From contig JAMPIW010000007.1 in the NCBI GenBank assembly GCA_040183005.1, positions 1,246,188 through 1,310,187 on the forward strand: a stretch of 64,000 nucleotides of DNA. Direction: 5' to 3'. The notes beneath the pieces were generated by a model that saw nothing but the letters and a program-made list of their open reading frames with translations, ran no database searches and had not been told where the DNA came from. Source of the stretch: Gammaproteobacteria bacterium (GTDB lineage Bacteria; Pseudomonadota; Gammaproteobacteria; Ga0077554; Ga007554). The translations under genes and the position numbers were made by a program. Of this stretch, positions 30,579 to 42,346 are shown in pieces. Each line of letters opens with the position of its first letter. The first letter of the stretch is position 1.

Positions 30579-31643
30579 TTAGGCGTAATAATCCACCAAT
30601 CCAATAGCTATATCCCTGCTGAGATTGGCTGATGAGGAATCGTCTAGCACCGCCTCCGAAGATTCGCTTAGGGACGCACGATAGACATCGTGAGAACCGG
30701 CCTGCTGCCCGCGCTGATCGGAAAAGGACTGGGATGAGACATTAACATTTGCCAGGTTAAGGCCGTTATCGCCGAGCATGTCGCGTAACCGCGGGATGGC
30801 GGCTTCAAGGGCGTCGCGCGTCACTACATGCTGCGAACTGAACGACACGCTGGTTTGATCCCCGTCGACCTTGATACGTATTTCGATGGGCCCCAGATGG
30901 GGAGGATTAATTCTCAACTCCGCTGCCTGCACATTATTATGAGCCAACCATTGGACGCGGCTTCCCAGCTCCTGGCCCCAGCCATCGGCGCCGACGGGGA
31001 GAGTTATGGCAGTGCTGATTGGCGCCGGGGCGGATGAGCTTGCCTGGAGGCTAGACAAAGGTGCCGCCGCATAACCGGTTACGCCAGCCAGTGGTAACGC
31101 CACATCACGCGCGTCAGCTTTATCCGCCACCGCTCCCTGCAACAATCCGGCAGCCATATCCATCGTCGCTGGAAGCGCTGCGGGCAATGCAGCGGATGGT
31201 ATTACAAACGCGGAAGCTCCAGCTTGAGAAAGCGGTGATAGCAAGGGCTGATTCCCTGCCGCCGGTATAAGCGTCGTCAGCTTTCCGGCAAGCGCATCAG
31301 GTGAGGGTGCTAGGGGAGCATCACTTGCGGCAGGGAGCGTCCCTCCACCTGGCACCAAGGAAACAGGCACGGAAGCTGGCACAACAAGCGGCAATCCAAT
31401 ACCGGCCGCCGATGGCAAGGAATTGCCGTCCGTTGACGGCTCCTGAGGTGGCGAATCTATGGAAGACTGGGAAACAGCCGCAGCCGAACCCGGCGCCTCG
31501 CCCAACCCTAGCAGCGCCGCAAGCGCATCATAAAAAACACTTTTTTCCCCTGTGTCCGCGCTTTTGGCGGCAGGGTTCCCGGTATTCAGCGCCGGCCCAC
31601 GGCCATTGGTTGGCTGTGGCGTTGTCAGCATGTCAGACATCAT
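30579..31643 (-). CDS. FliK-like hook-length control protein (C-terminal Flg_hook-type domain), orphan
   Basis: Pro/Ala/Ser-rich N-terminal two-thirds. The C-terminus (WGQELGSRVQWL...LRINPPHLGPIEIRIKVDGDQTSVSF...) resembles the FliK/YscP substrate-specificity domain. Confidence 0.55.
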   Translation of the reverse strand: MMSDMLTTPQPTNGRGPALNTGNPAAKSADTGEKSVFYDALAALLGLGEAPGSAAAVSQSSIDSPPQEPSTDGNSLPSAAGIGLPLVVPASVPVSLVPGGGTLPAASDAPLAPSPDALAGKLTTLIPAAGNQPLLSPLSQAGASAFVIPSAALPAALPATMDMAAGLLQGAVADKADARDVALPLAGVTGYAAAPLSSLQASSSAPAPISTAITLPVGADGWGQELGSRVQWLAHNNVQAAELRINPPHLGPIEIRIKVDGDQTSVSFSSQHVVTRDALEAAIPRLRDMLGDNGLNLANVNVSSQSFSDQRGQQAGSHDVYRASLSESSEAVLDDSSSANLSRDIAIGLVDYYA

Positions 31644-31817
31644 CTTCCCTCATTGGCTATGTTGATGTCCGAGACAATGCAACTTGTGCGCCAAAGAGGT
31701 ATTGGGGAGACAAAAGGCAAGACCAGCGGCGAGATGTGGGGAGGGAGCGGCCCTCAGAGGCTATAAAAATATTCCACTGCGGTAGATATAGTGGTTTTTC
31801 ACAACCTCTTGGTTATG

Positions 31818-31866
31818 TAGGGTGCGTCCCACGCACCACAATCATTGGTGCGTGGGACGCACCCTA
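31818..31866. repeat. REP-like perfect palindrome TAGGGTGCGTCCCACGCACCA-caatcat-TGGTGCGTGGGACGCACCCTA between lspA and the fliK-like gene. Degenerate copies at 26590-26640 and 27818-27850.
   Basis: 21-bp arms read directly. Each arm contains a nested palindrome, GTGCGTCCCACGCAC. Confidence 0.55.
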
Positions 31867-31883
31867 CGGATTTAAAAATGGGA

Positions 31884-32360
31884 TCAGCTCAGTCTACCCT
31901 GCTTTTCCTTGCTGCGTAGCGTATCAATCACCAGCATCACTGCGCCCACAGTGATAGCCGCGTCGGCAATGTTAAAGGCCGGGTAGTACCAGTCTTCATA
32001 ATATAACTGAATGAAATCGACAACGTAGCCATACATAACACGGTCAATGAGATTGCCCACAGCGCCACCCAGCACCAGCGCAAGGGCGGCAGCCATCCAC
32101 TTTTCCTGGGGCTGAAGACGGCGCAGCCACACTACCAGCACCACGCTGACAATGGCCGCCAGCGCAGTGAAGAACCAGCGCTGCCAGCCGGAGGCATCGT
32201 GCAGGAAGCTAAATGCTGCGCCGGTGTTGTGCATCAGGGTGAGATTGAAAAACGGCAGCACCGCCACCGGATCGTGCAAAATCAGCGTGCCGCTGGCGAG
32301 AAACTTGGTCGCCTGATCGAGTACGATCACGACCAGCGACACCCATAGCCATTTCAGCAT
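31884..32360 (-). CDS. lspA: Lipoprotein signal peptidase II
   Basis: Four TM segments. Conserved NxGAAF and DxxD motifs ([17 protein letters not shown]). Start at the internal Met overlapping the ileS stop. Confidence 0.9.
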   Translation of the reverse strand: MLKWLWVSLVVIVLDQATKFLASGTLILHDPVAVLPFFNLTLMHNTGAAFSFLHDASGWQRWFFTALAAIVSVVLVVWLRRLQPQEKWMAAALALVLGGAVGNLIDRVMYGYVVDFIQLYYEDWYYPAFNIADAAITVGAVMLVIDTLRSKEKQGRLS

Positions 32361-35239
32361 CACGCGTACCGCCTCTGCTCGCCGTTGCCTGCGACGTTTT
32401 CGACGCAGCGCCCGCAGATTTCCGGGTGTTCCGGGTGGCTTCCTACGTCCTCGCGATGATGCCAGCAGCGGATGCACTTGGTATGCGTTGATGGCGCAAC
32501 TTTCATCAGCAATTCGCCTTCTGAGGATGACGCCCTCACTGCACCGGCCACGTCAACATGTTTTTCTACCGGATGGACTCGCGCATAGGAAGTAATCAGT
32601 ACAAAACGCAACTCATCCTCCAATTTTAAAAGTTCTTCCTTCAACTTTTCATCGCAATACAGATCCACCTCTGCATCCAGCGAAGAACCGATTTCACGCG
32701 CCACGCGCTTTCCTTCCAACACCGTCTGAACCTGCCGACGCAGCTCAATGACGTGAGGCCAGTTCACTTCATTGGCGGTGATGCACGACGGCAATGCGTA
32801 CCATGTCTCCAGCAATACAGAATCGCTGCGCTGTCCAGGCATGTGTTGCCAAATCTCTTCTGCGGTAAAACTCAAAACCGGCGCCAGCCAACGCGCCATA
32901 GCTTCAAGGATGTGATACATCGCTGTTTGCGCGGAACGGCGCGCGTGGCTGTCGGCCTGGGTGGTATACTGACGGTCTTTGATGATGTCCAGATAAAAAC
33001 CACCCATCTCCACAGTACAGAAATTGTGAACTGCGTGGTAAATAAAATGAAATTCGCATCGTTCATAAGCAGCGCACACCTCTTCTTGTAACTGCCGCGT
33101 GCGCTCAACTGCCCACGCGTCCAGAGACAGCATTTTGTCAGTGGCAACCAGGTGTTTTTCCGGATCAAAGCCGTTTAAATTGGACAGCATGAAACGCGCG
33201 GTATTGCGTATACGGCGATAGGCATCGGCAATGCGTTTCAAAATCTCGTCGGATACGCTCATCTCCGCACTGTAATCGGTGGCGGCCACCCACAGGCGCA
33301 GGATGTCCGCGCCCAGCGTGCTTATCACCTGCTGCGGCGCGACGACATTGCCCTTGGATTTGGACATTTTCATGCCCTGCGCGTCCACAGTGAAGCCGTG
33401 CGTCAACACCGATTTGTAAGGCGCAATGCCGCGCATCGCCACCGAGGTCAGCAGCGACGACTGGAACCAGCCACGATGTTGATCGGAACCTTCCAGATAC
33501 ATATCCGCCGGGAATTGCAGCTCGCCGCGTTGTTCCAGCACGGCGGCATGCGTCACGCCGGAGTCGAACCAGACATCCAGCGTATCGCTCACCTTGTCAT
33601 AATCACCGGCCTCAACGCCCAGTAGTTCAGTCGGGTCAAGCTCGAACCAGGCGTCGATGCCACCCGCTTCGACAAGCTGCGCCACTTCCTCTATCAACTC
33701 TGCCGTGCGCGGATGCAGCGCGCCGCTCTCTTTATGCACAAACAGTGCAATCGGCACGCCCCAGGTACGCTGCCGCGAGATGCACCAGTCGGGGCGGTTG
33801 TTCACCATGCCCTCGATGCGCGCCTGACCCCAGCCGGGAATCCATTTAACATCGCGAATAGCTGCGAGCGCCTGTTCACGCAAGCCGCGCTGCTCCATAT
33901 TGATGTCCTGGCGCTCGCTCCCTACGGCGCCAGGATACACCGCGTCCATGCGGATAAACCACTGCGGCGTGGCGCGGAAGATGATCGGTGTTTTGTGCCG
34001 CCAGCAATGCGGATAGCTGTGGCGGATCGACTCGCCATGCAGCAGTGCGCCTTTGGCCTTGAGCACTTCGAGCACATGATCGTTTGCCTTCAGCACATGC
34101 TCGCCCGCGAACAATTCGACACCCGGCAGAAACTTACCGCCCGCATCCACCGGATTGTCCACCGGCAGGCCGTAGCGCGCGCCTGCCACATAATCTTCCT
34201 GACCATGCGCTGGGGCGGTATGCACCGCACCGGTGCCCGCCTCAAGCGTGACATGCTCACCGAGGATCACCGGTACCTCGCGATCATAGAACGGATGCGC
34301 CAGTTTCAACCCTTCCAGATCCGCGCCACGGCCATAGGCGATGACGTGATAATCCTCGATGCCGTAACGCGCCATTGCATTTTTGAGCAAGCCTTCAGCG
34401 AGCAATAGCCGCTCGGCGCCATGTTCCGTGGTGCATTGCACCAGCGCATAATCCAGATCGGGATGCAGCGCCACCGCCTGATTAGCGGGCAGCGTCCATG
34501 GCGTGGTGGTCCAGATTACTACTGAGGCGGGTCCTTGGCCTTCGTGTTCCGGGACATGCTGCAAACGTGCTGCCAGTGCCACTTCATCGAGCACCGCAAA
34601 GCGCACGTCGATGGCGGGCGAGGTCTTGTCTTCGTATTCCACCTCTGCCTCGGCCAGCGCCGACCCGCAATCTGTACACCAATGCACAGGCTTTGCGCCC
34701 TTGTGCAAATGACCATTATTGATAATACGGCCCAAGGCGCGGATGATGTCCGCCTCGGTTTTGAAATCCATCGTCAGATAAGGACGTTCCCAGTCGCCGA
34801 TCACGCCCAGGCGCTGAAAATCCTGGCTCTGCCGCGCTACTTGGCTGTGCGCATAATCGCGGCACGCTTTACGAAAGGTTTTGGCATCGACCTTGACGCC
34901 CGCCTTGCCGATTTTTTTCTCCACCATCAGCTCAATAGGCAAGCCATGGCAATCCCAGCCCGGCACATAAGGCGCATCCAGGCCATTCATGCTGCGCGCC
35001 TTGACGATAATGTCCTTGAGCACCTTGTTCACCGCATGACCGATGTGAATATCACCGTTGGCATAGGGTGGGCCGTCATGAAGCACGAACTTCTCCTGCC
35101 CGGCGCGCGTCGCGCGCAGCTTTTGGTACAGGCCCAGCTCCTGCCAACGCTTGAGCATTTCAGGCTCGCGGCCCGCGAGATTGGCCTTCATAGGGAAATC
35201 TGTTTGGGGCAGATTTAGCGTATCTTTGTAATCAGTCAC
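32360..35239 (-). CDS. ileS: Isoleucyl-tRNA synthetase
   Basis: 959 aa. HIGH-type ([11 protein letters not shown]), KMSKS, and C-terminal zinc-finger Cys motifs. Confidence 0.95.
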   Translation of the reverse strand: MTDYKDTLNLPQTDFPMKANLAGREPEMLKRWQELGLYQKLRATRAGQEKFVLHDGPPYANGDIHIGHAVNKVLKDIIVKARSMNGLDAPYVPGWDCHGLPIELMVEKKIGKAGVKVDAKTFRKACRDYAHSQVARQSQDFQRLGVIGDWERPYLTMDFKTEADIIRALGRIINNGHLHKGAKPVHWCTDCGSALAEAEVEYEDKTSPAIDVRFAVLDEVALAARLQHVPEHEGQGPASVVIWTTTPWTLPANQAVALHPDLDYALVQCTTEHGAERLLLAEGLLKNAMARYGIEDYHVIAYGRGADLEGLKLAHPFYDREVPVILGEHVTLEAGTGAVHTAPAHGQEDYVAGARYGLPVDNPVDAGGKFLPGVELFAGEHVLKANDHVLEVLKAKGALLHGESIRHSYPHCWRHKTPIIFRATPQWFIRMDAVYPGAVGSERQDINMEQRGLREQALAAIRDVKWIPGWGQARIEGMVNNRPDWCISRQRTWGVPIALFVHKESGALHPRTAELIEEVAQLVEAGGIDAWFELDPTELLGVEAGDYDKVSDTLDVWFDSGVTHAAVLEQRGELQFPADMYLEGSDQHRGWFQSSLLTSVAMRGIAPYKSVLTHGFTVDAQGMKMSKSKGNVVAPQQVISTLGADILRLWVAATDYSAEMSVSDEILKRIADAYRRIRNTARFMLSNLNGFDPEKHLVATDKMLSLDAWAVERTRQLQEEVCAAYERCEFHFIYHAVHNFCTVEMGGFYLDIIKDRQYTTQADSHARRSAQTAMYHILEAMARWLAPVLSFTAEEIWQHMPGQRSDSVLLETWYALPSCITANEVNWPHVIELRRQVQTVLEGKRVAREIGSSLDAEVDLYCDEKLKEELLKLEDELRFVLITSYARVHPVEKHVDVAGAVRASSSEGELLMKVAPSTHTKCIRCWHHREDVGSHPEHPEICGRCVENVAGNGEQRRYA

Positions 35240-35335
35240 ATCAACCTCATTCTAGCAAGTCGTTTCTTATTGCCACAGAAACACAAAGTTCTATGAAAGA
35301 ATCCTCTGTGTTCTCCATGCCCCTGTGGCAAAACT

Positions 35336-36277
35336 TCAAATCAATTCAATTTTATTGTCGAAAAAGCCCCGCGCCTGCACGGCATCGAACTCTATCTGCC
35401 GCTTCAATTCATCCAGCGAGGCGAACTTCTGCTCATCGCGTAGTTTGTGCAGGAAATCCACTTGCACGTAGCGACCATAAATATCCTGTGCGAAATCTAA
35501 CAGGTGTATCTCCAACAGGGCACGCGTACCGTCCACCGTGGGCCGCGTGCCGACATTCGCCACGCCGGGGAGAGGTTCCGCATCGAGTCCAAACATCTCC
35601 ACCGCGAACACGCCTTGCACTGGCGATGCCTTGCGATGCAGATAAATATTGGCGGTGGGGAAACCGATGGTCCGTCCCCGCTGGTCACCATGCGCCACAC
35701 GCCCGCACATGCGATAAGGCCGCCCGAGCAGTTTCCCGGCGGTATTCAGGTCGCCATGGGCCAACGCCTCGCGGATACGTGTGCTGCTGACGCGCGCGCC
35801 ATCAATGCTGAAGGTATGCCGGTTCACCACTTGGAAACCGTACCGCGCACCCGCTTCCTTGAGCATGGCAAAATCACCCTGGCGCTGGTGGCCGAAACGG
35901 AAATCATCACCCACCACGAGATAACGCACTCCCAGCCCTTCCACCAGAATACGGCGGATAAAATCCTGTGCGTTTGTTTCAGAGAGTGTGCGGTTAAATG
36001 GCAGGCACAGCACACGATCAACTGAAAAGCGACGCAACGCCTGGATCTTTTCCCTGAATCGCGTCAGGCGTGGCGGCACCGCGCTTTGCGCAAAAAACTC
36101 CTGTGGATACGGCTCGAAGGTGATCACCACCGAGGGCAGATCCAGCTCCGCCGCCTTTTCCGCCAGTTGCCCCAAAACCGCTTGGTGCCCCAGATGCACA
36201 CCGTCAAAATTACCAATCGTCGCCACACAACCGCGATGACGGGGGCGAAGATTGCAAAGGCCGCGGATTAATTCCAT
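35336..36277 (-). CDS. ribF: Bifunctional riboflavin kinase / FMN adenylyltransferase
   Basis: GNFDGVHLGH motif; 313 aa. Confidence 0.9.
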   Translation of the reverse strand: MELIRGLCNLRPRHRGCVATIGNFDGVHLGHQAVLGQLAEKAAELDLPSVVITFEPYPQEFFAQSAVPPRLTRFREKIQALRRFSVDRVLCLPFNRTLSETNAQDFIRRILVEGLGVRYLVVGDDFRFGHQRQGDFAMLKEAGARYGFQVVNRHTFSIDGARVSSTRIREALAHGDLNTAGKLLGRPYRMCGRVAHGDQRGRTIGFPTANIYLHRKASPVQGVFAVEMFGLDAEPLPGVANVGTRPTVDGTRALLEIHLLDFAQDIYGRYVQVDFLHKLRDEQKFASLDELKRQIEFDAVQARGFFDNKIELI

Positions 36278-36348
36278 GAATTTAAAATGTCTACTTTAGC
36301 CACGGAAAACATAGCGGCAGGGTTTCAGATTATACACGCTTGACACCC

Positions 36349-37884
36349 TCACTTGGCCTTCTGGCGAAAGTGATGGTAGCGCACGCCTGTCACCCACAAA
36401 CAGGCAAAATAGGCCGCTGCGCCTGCACTCACCAAAAGCAAAAGATACATGATACGTTGCGAGCCGCTCCAGGCCATCCACACTGACCAATCCGCCGCGC
36501 CCCACCACAACAAGGCAGCCATTGCGGCGTTGGCAAATCCTACTTGCAGCATCAATCGCCACCACCCCGGTTCGGGCCGGTAGACTCCTTCGCGCCGCAA
36601 TGCGCGGTACAGCAGCCACGCATTCAGATAGGCGGCCAGCGTCGAGGACAATGCAAGCCCCGCGTGAGCCAGCGGCAATACAAGCACCGCCTTGAATGCC
36701 AAACCGAGACCCAGTGCGATCAGGCCGATGCGCACCGGGGTGCGGGTGTCCTGCCGCGCGAAGAAGCCCGGCGCCAGCACCTTGATGAGCATAAAGGCGA
36801 GCACGCCCAGACCATACCCCATCAGACTACGCGAGGACATCTCCACGTCATGCGCACTATACTTGCCATATTGGAACAGCGAGATAAGCAAGGGTCCCGC
36901 CAACACCAGCAAGCCGACCATTGCTGGTGTGCCGACTAGCATCACCCACCGCAACCCCCAATCCATGGTGTGCGAGAACCCCTCGCTTGACGCCTGCGCA
37001 TGTTTAAGCGATAGGCTGGGCAGGATTACAGTGGCCAGCGCAACGCCGAACACCCCCAGCGGAAACTCCACCAGGCGATCCGAGTAGTAGAGCCACGACA
37101 CGCTGCCTGTCACTAAAAATGAGGCAATGACTGTATCAATCAGCAAGCTGACCTGCGCCACCGACGAGCCAAACAGGCTGGGCAGCATCAGCGTGAGGAC
37201 GCGCTGCACCCCTTCCTGCTTCCATGCCCAGCGCGGGCGTGGCAGCAGGCGCAGGCGATACAAAAAGGGCAACTGAAACAACAACTGCACGATGCCGGCA
37301 ATGAACACGCCCCACGCCAGCGCCACTATCGGCTCATCCATAAGCGGCGCGAGCCAAAGCGCGGTGCCGATCATCGCCAGGTTCAAAAAAACCGGTGTCA
37401 GGGCCGGCACGACAAAACGTCCGTAGCTGTTGAGTATGCCCCCGGCAAACGCGGTCAACGAGATGAACAATATATAGGGAAAGGTGATGCGCAACATCTC
37501 CACCGTCAGATCATACTTGTGCGGTTCGTCCAGAAAACCCGGCGCAAAGATCATGATCAGCAGCGGCGCAGCAATGATGCCGGCGAGCGTAATCAGAAAC
37601 AGCAATGCCCCCAGCGTACCCGCCACATCATCGGCCAGTTTTTTCACCTCGTCGTGGCTACGCTGGGTTTTGTATTCGGACAGCACGGGCACAAAGGCCT
37701 GAGAGAACGACCCTTCCGCAAACAGACGGCGCAAAAAGTTAGGGATACGGAACGCCACAAAAAAGGCATCCGCACCCGCACCCGCACCGAACACCCGCGC
37801 AATCACCATATCGCGCACAAAACCCAGCACGCGCGAGACCATGGTCATTGCGCTGACCGTGGCGGTGGATCTCAATAAACCCAT
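36349..37884 (-). CDS. murJ: Lipid II flippase MurJ (MviN)
   Basis: 511 aa, ~14 TM segments. N-terminal RVLGFVRD and AFFVAFRIPN motifs. Confidence 0.9.
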   Translation of the reverse strand: MGLLRSTATVSAMTMVSRVLGFVRDMVIARVFGAGAGADAFFVAFRIPNFLRRLFAEGSFSQAFVPVLSEYKTQRSHDEVKKLADDVAGTLGALLFLITLAGIIAAPLLIMIFAPGFLDEPHKYDLTVEMLRITFPYILFISLTAFAGGILNSYGRFVVPALTPVFLNLAMIGTALWLAPLMDEPIVALAWGVFIAGIVQLLFQLPFLYRLRLLPRPRWAWKQEGVQRVLTLMLPSLFGSSVAQVSLLIDTVIASFLVTGSVSWLYYSDRLVEFPLGVFGVALATVILPSLSLKHAQASSEGFSHTMDWGLRWVMLVGTPAMVGLLVLAGPLLISLFQYGKYSAHDVEMSSRSLMGYGLGVLAFMLIKVLAPGFFARQDTRTPVRIGLIALGLGLAFKAVLVLPLAHAGLALSSTLAAYLNAWLLYRALRREGVYRPEPGWWRLMLQVGFANAAMAALLWWGAADWSVWMAWSGSQRIMYLLLLVSAGAAAYFACLWVTGVRYHHFRQKAK

Positions 37885-38026
37885 AACAATATTCTCAAAG
37901 GCGGGGGATACGCGGAGGAATCAATAGCATCTATCTTACTATGCGCATGCCGGAATTGACAAAAGATGGGAAAACCAGCATAGTAACAGACTTAACGAAT
38001 TTACCGGATTTCAGGAGTCCACAACC

Positions 38027-38293
38027 TTGGCCAACACTGCACAAGCTAAAAAACGCGCCCGTCAGGCGGAAGTACATCGTCAACACAACACCAGCATGCG
38101 CTCCAGCGTACGCTCCGCGATCAAGAAGGTGGTAAACACCATCGAGTCGGGTGACAAGACCCAGGCGCAAAGCGCCTATGCCAGCGCCACCCCGCTCATC
38201 GACCGCATGGCGCGCAAGGGCATCATGAGCAAGAACAAGGCCGCCCGCCACAAAAGCCGCTTGAACCAGCATATCCGGGCGCTACAGGCTTAA
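38027..38293 (+). CDS. rpsT: 30S ribosomal protein S20
   Basis: MANTAQAKKRARQAE...; 88 aa. Confidence 0.95.
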   Translation: MANTAQAKKRARQAEVHRQHNTSMRSSVRSAIKKVVNTIESGDKTQAQSAYASATPLIDRMARKGIMSKNKAARHKSRLNQHIRALQA

Positions 38294-38383
38294 TTTCTGC
38301 CTGGGGCAACTCTCTCCGAGTTGCCCCACCCCTCAATCCTGATGTTGTTGCCAGCCGGGGATCACATCTCCCGAGCTAAACAA

Positions 38384-39511
38384 TTACGTCAACACCAAAT
38401 TATCTCTATGCATTAGCTCCGGCTCGTCCACGTAACCCAGCAATCCCTCAATTTTATCGCTCGGCTGGCGCATGATTTTACGTGTATCCTCGGCGCTGTA
38501 ATTCACTAGGCCACGGGCCACTTCTGTGCCGTCTTCACCCACACAAGCCACTACGTCACCGCGCCCGAAACTGCCTTCCACAGCAACTACCCCGACAGGA
38601 AGCAGACTGCGTCCAGCCTCACGCAACACACGCACCGCGCCCGCATCCAGCACCAATCGTCCCCGAACCTGCAATTGTCCAGCCAGCCACTGCTTGCGTG
38701 CCGCCAGCGCCTCCTGGCCGGGCAACAGCAAAGTGCCGACCTTTTCTCCTTCAGCAATGCGCTGCAAGATGTTGGCCTCGCGCCCGTAGGCGATGACCGT
38801 AGCAGCGCCGGAGCGCGCGGCGCGGGCGGCGGCGCGCACCTTGGTGAGCATGCCGCCGCGTCCCAGGCTGCCCACGCCACCGGCACCGGCCATTTGTTCG
38901 AGTTGCGGATCTCCGGCAAGGGCCTCGCTAATCAAGGGGGCGCCGGGATCTTTGCGCGGGTCACGTTCGTACATGCCGGGCTGATCGGTGAGCAACACCA
39001 GAAGGTCGGCCTCGATCAGGTTGGTGACCAATGCACCGAGGGTGTCGTTGTCGCCGAAGCGGATTTCTTCCACCGCCACTGTATCGTTTTCGTTGACCAC
39101 CGGCACCACACCCAGGGAGAGCAAGGTGCGCAAGGTGCTGCGCGCGTTCAGGTAACGTTGCCGGTCGGCGAGGTCGTCGTGGGTGAGCAGGATCTGCGCG
39201 GTGCGGATACCGTGGCGCTGGAAGCAGGTCTCGTAGGTTTGCACCAGCCCCATCTGCCCCACCGCCGCCGCAGCCTGCAATTCGTGCAGCGCGCTGGGGC
39301 GGCGCGTCCAGCCCAGGCGCTTAACGCCTTCGGCCACTGCGCCAGAGGAGACCAGCACCAGCTCGATGCCGCTGGCACGCAATGCGGCGATCTGTGCTGC
39401 CCAGGCGCCGATCAGGCCTTCGTCCAGACCTCGCCCGTTATTGGTAAGCAGTGAGCTACCGACCTTGACGATCCAACGTCGCGCCTGGGTGATTTGCTGT
39501 CTATTGTTCAT
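38384..39511 (-). CDS. proB: Glutamate 5-kinase (with PUA domain)
   Basis: N-terminal KVGSSLLT motif and a C-terminal PUA-like region; 375 aa. Confidence 0.9.
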   Translation of the reverse strand: MNNRQQITQARRWIVKVGSSLLTNNGRGLDEGLIGAWAAQIAALRASGIELVLVSSGAVAEGVKRLGWTRRPSALHELQAAAAVGQMGLVQTYETCFQRHGIRTAQILLTHDDLADRQRYLNARSTLRTLLSLGVVPVVNENDTVAVEEIRFGDNDTLGALVTNLIEADLLVLLTDQPGMYERDPRKDPGAPLISEALAGDPQLEQMAGAGGVGSLGRGGMLTKVRAAARAARSGAATVIAYGREANILQRIAEGEKVGTLLLPGQEALAARKQWLAGQLQVRGRLVLDAGAVRVLREAGRSLLPVGVVAVEGSFGRGDVVACVGEDGTEVARGLVNYSAEDTRKIMRQPSDKIEGLLGYVDEPELMHRDNLVLT

Positions 39512-39522
39512 GCAGTAACACC

Positions 39523-40722
39523 CTACGAAATAACCGGCCGCACCTTGCTCGCCGCCAGCTTGGCGCGGTTGCGCGCCTCGTCGGTGGTTGCACCATTAGC
39601 CAGTGCCACGCCCATGCGGCGGCGTGCGAATGCTTCGGGTTTGCCGAACAGGCGCAGATCGGTCTGCGGCACACGCAGCGCTTCATCGACGCCCTCAAAA
39701 GCAATGCCCTGCTCTTCCATGCCACCGTAGATCACCGCGCTGGCGCCGGGAGCGCGCAATGCGGTGGACACCGGCAAACCCAGGATGGCGCGCGCATGCA
39801 ACTCAAATTCATTTTGTGTCTGGCTTATCATGGTGACCATGCCGGTGTCGTGTGGACGTGGGCTAACCTCGCTGAACCAGACCTGATCCCCCTTCACGAA
39901 CAGCTCCACGCCAAAGATGCCACGCCCACCAAGATTATCGGTAACCGCTTTGGCGATCTGTTGCGCGCGCTTCAGCGCCGCGCTGCTCATAGCCTGTGGC
40001 TGCCAGCTTTCCACGTAATCACCCTTGACCTGCACGTGGCCAATGGGCTCGCAGAAATAAGTCTCGACCGCGCCAGATTCACCCTGCGCCCGCACGGTGA
40101 GCAGGGTGATCTCGAAGTCAAAGTCGATCATCTCTTCAACGATGACCCGGCCCCGATGCACGCGCCCACCGCTCATGGCATACTCCCAGGCGGTGGCGAC
40201 ATCCTCAGGTTCATTGACGGTAGACTGCCCCTTGCCCGAGGACGACATCACCGGTTTGACGATGCACGGATAGCCGATGCCACCATCGATAGCGATTTTC
40301 AATTCGGTGAGGCTTTCAGCGAAGGCGTAGCGCGAGGTCAGCAGCTCCAGCGTTTCCGCCGCCAGGCGGCGGATACCTTCACGATTCATGGTGAGCTGTG
40401 CGGCGCGCGCAGTGGGAATAACCTCCGCCAGACCTTCTTCCTCGATCCGTACCAGCATGTCGGTGGCAATGGCCTCAATTTCAGGCACGATGATGTGCGG
40501 GCGTTCCTGCTCCACCAGGGCACGCAACGCCTCTCCGTCAGCCATATTGATGACATGCGCACGATGCGCCACCTGATGCCCCGGCGCATCGGGATAGCGA
40601 TCCACAGCGATCACTTCCACTCCCAGGCGCTGCAGGGCAATGATAACTTCCTTGCCCAGTTCACCGCTACCGAGCAGCATCACGCGAGTTGCGCCGGGGG
40701 ATAACGGGGTGCCAATTTTCAT
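39523..40722 (-). CDS. purT: Phosphoribosylglycinamide formyltransferase 2 (formate-dependent, ATP-grasp)
   Basis: [14 protein letters not shown]-terminus and ATP-grasp motifs; 399 aa. Confidence 0.9.
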   Translation of the reverse strand: MKIGTPLSPGATRVMLLGSGELGKEVIIALQRLGVEVIAVDRYPDAPGHQVAHRAHVINMADGEALRALVEQERPHIIVPEIEAIATDMLVRIEEEGLAEVIPTARAAQLTMNREGIRRLAAETLELLTSRYAFAESLTELKIAIDGGIGYPCIVKPVMSSSGKGQSTVNEPEDVATAWEYAMSGGRVHRGRVIVEEMIDFDFEITLLTVRAQGESGAVETYFCEPIGHVQVKGDYVESWQPQAMSSAALKRAQQIAKAVTDNLGGRGIFGVELFVKGDQVWFSEVSPRPHDTGMVTMISQTQNEFELHARAILGLPVSTALRAPGASAVIYGGMEEQGIAFEGVDEALRVPQTDLRLFGKPEAFARRRMGVALANGATTDEARNRAKLAASKVRPVIS

Positions 40723-41024
40723 GCTTTCGACTCCATCGGAGCTTGAGCCAGCAACGCATCGAGTTCGCCGCGCCGGTTCAGTGCGTTTATATCGTCGAAC
40801 CCGCCGATATGCTGATCATTGATGAAAATCTGCGGCACGCTGCGCTGCCCTTGAGCGCGATCAAGCATGCGCTCCCTGGCTTCCGCATCGAAACCGACGT
40901 TGTATTCGAAATATTCCGCGCCTTTCAGCTTGAGCAACGCCTTGGCGCGCACGCAATAGGGGCATATCAGCGTGGTGTATATTTCAATATGCGCGCGGAT
41001 TGGATTCTGGGTCGAGTCTTTCAT
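40719..41024 (-). CDS. grxC: Glutaredoxin (Grx3-like, CPYC active site)
   Basis: [16 protein letters not shown]...VPQIFIN..HIGG. Confidence 0.8.
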   Translation of the reverse strand: MKDSTQNPIRAHIEIYTTLICPYCVRAKALLKLKGAEYFEYNVGFDAEARERMLDRAQGQRSVPQIFINDQHIGGFDDINALNRRGELDALLAQAPMESKA

Positions 41025-41108
41025 CTTTATATCGAGGGCGTTCGGCTATCTGATGAACAAGCAGGTGTATAATAGCAGCGAATCAGAACACCTGAAAGGA
41101 AAACCCTA

Positions 41109-41411
41109 GTGAAAAAAGACCAGATCTACGTCGGTATAGCCAACGATGAATTCGGCGGTATGACCACCATCGGCGGCGTCATCAAGGACGCTTGGGTTTT
41201 CGGCATTATCCCAGAAACAGAAACGTGCGAAGGATGGAATTTGGCGCAGATTCAGATGATCATGGACAAGGTCTGCCAGGAATGGGACCACCACGGCCAC
41301 CTCGTAAAACATCTACCCGAAGAAATGCGCCAGCGCCACGAACGCATCCATACCGAGGCGATCCGCAAGGCGCGTGATGCAGGCTGGTCGCCGGAATTGA
41401 TGAACGAATAA
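41109..41411 (+). CDS. Hypothetical 100-aa protein (GTG start; SD AAAGGA; a TATAAT hexamer ~40 bp upstream)
   Basis: ORF with plausible translation signals. No recognisable motifs. Confidence 0.4.
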   Translation: MKKDQIYVGIANDEFGGMTTIGGVIKDAWVFGIIPETETCEGWNLAQIQMIMDKVCQEWDHHGHLVKHLPEEMRQRHERIHTEAIRKARDAGWSPELMNE

Positions 41412-41437
41412 AAACGGCTGCCATTCACAAACGAAAC

Positions 41438-41463
41438 TCAGACCCTCAAGGACAGCGAGGGTC
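41438..41463. terminator. Putative bidirectional terminator between the convergent hypothetical and HDOD genes
   Basis: agaccctc-aaggacagc-gagggtct hairpin followed by gguuuugg. T-rich on both flanks. Confidence 0.5.
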
Positions 41464-41479
41464 TAGGTTTTGGCGACAA

Positions 41480-42346
41480 TCAATGCGCCGCTCTCATTCC
41501 CGGCAGCATCAATAACTGTGCCTCAACAAACCGCGCGCGGGCTTCCGGCAGGATGGATTCAATGATCTCTTCTGTCAAACCGGTGATTTTCCATGCCACA
41601 GGATCCACGGTTTCCGTCGATTTCTTGCGCGCCCCGTCCGGCTCCACCTGGTTTGCGACCACGCCGGCGATATGAACGATAGCGGTCTCCAGGCCAAATT
41701 GCTCCGCCTTGCCTGGCTCATGATGAAACTCCAACACCTCTTGCAGGCTCACCGGCAGGCGCCACAAACGCATCAGCTCGCCACCCACCTGCGCATGATC
41801 GAAGCCTATCACCTCACGTTCGGCGAGATAGGCAGGGGTGCCGGAATCACGGGCGCGCACCAACGCAACTTTCATCAACTCCGCTATTTTGGTATACATG
41901 ATCAAGTACCCAACATCATGTAACAAGCCGGCAACAAACAAGCGCTCACTATGCAGCACGCCGCAATGTGGCCCTAGCATCTTCGCCACCACACCGCAGC
42001 AAATACTATGGCGCCAGAAGCTGTCCATATCGACCAGTGTGCTGGGGATACCTGAAAACATCCGCATCGCCGATGTCGCCACAACCAGATCACGCAACTC
42101 CCGCGCACCAATTAATGTAACGGCACGCGACACCGTGTCGACACGCGACACGTGGCTGTAAAACGGGCTATTTGCGATCTTCAGCAGACGCGCCGTCAAC
42201 GCTGCATCCTGGCCGATCACCTTACCAATGTCCGAGGCAGAGTAACGGGGGTTCTCGGCCATTTCGTTGACACGCACACACACCTCAGGAAGGGAGACAA
42301 GGCCAGAGATACCTTTAACAAGTTCATGGGGGGTCGTCATGTACAT
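41480..42346 (-). CDS. HDOD-domain signalling protein
   Basis: 288 aa with an HD-related motif (LLHDVGYLIM...HHEP). Confidence 0.75.
   Translation of the reverse strand: MYMTTPHELVKGISGLVSLPEVCVRVNEMAENPRYSASDIGKVIGQDAALTARLLKIANSPFYSHVSRVDTVSRAVTLIGARELRDLVVATSAMRMFSGIPSTLVDMDSFWRHSICCGVVAKMLGPHCGVLHSERLFVAGLLHDVGYLIMYTKIAELMKVALVRARDSGTPAYLAEREVIGFDHAQVGGELMRLWRLPVSLQEVLEFHHEPGKAEQFGLETAIVHIAGVVANQVEPDGARKKSTETVDPVAWKITGLTEEIIESILPEARARFVEAQLLMLPGMRAAH

Noticed and set aside
38301-38330. Hairpin ggggcaactctctccgagttgcccc after rpsT, considered as a rho-independent terminator
   Set aside because: It is a good stem, but no U-tract follows on either strand. It is therefore left unannotated, although it may still act as a rpsT/proB 3' stabiliser.
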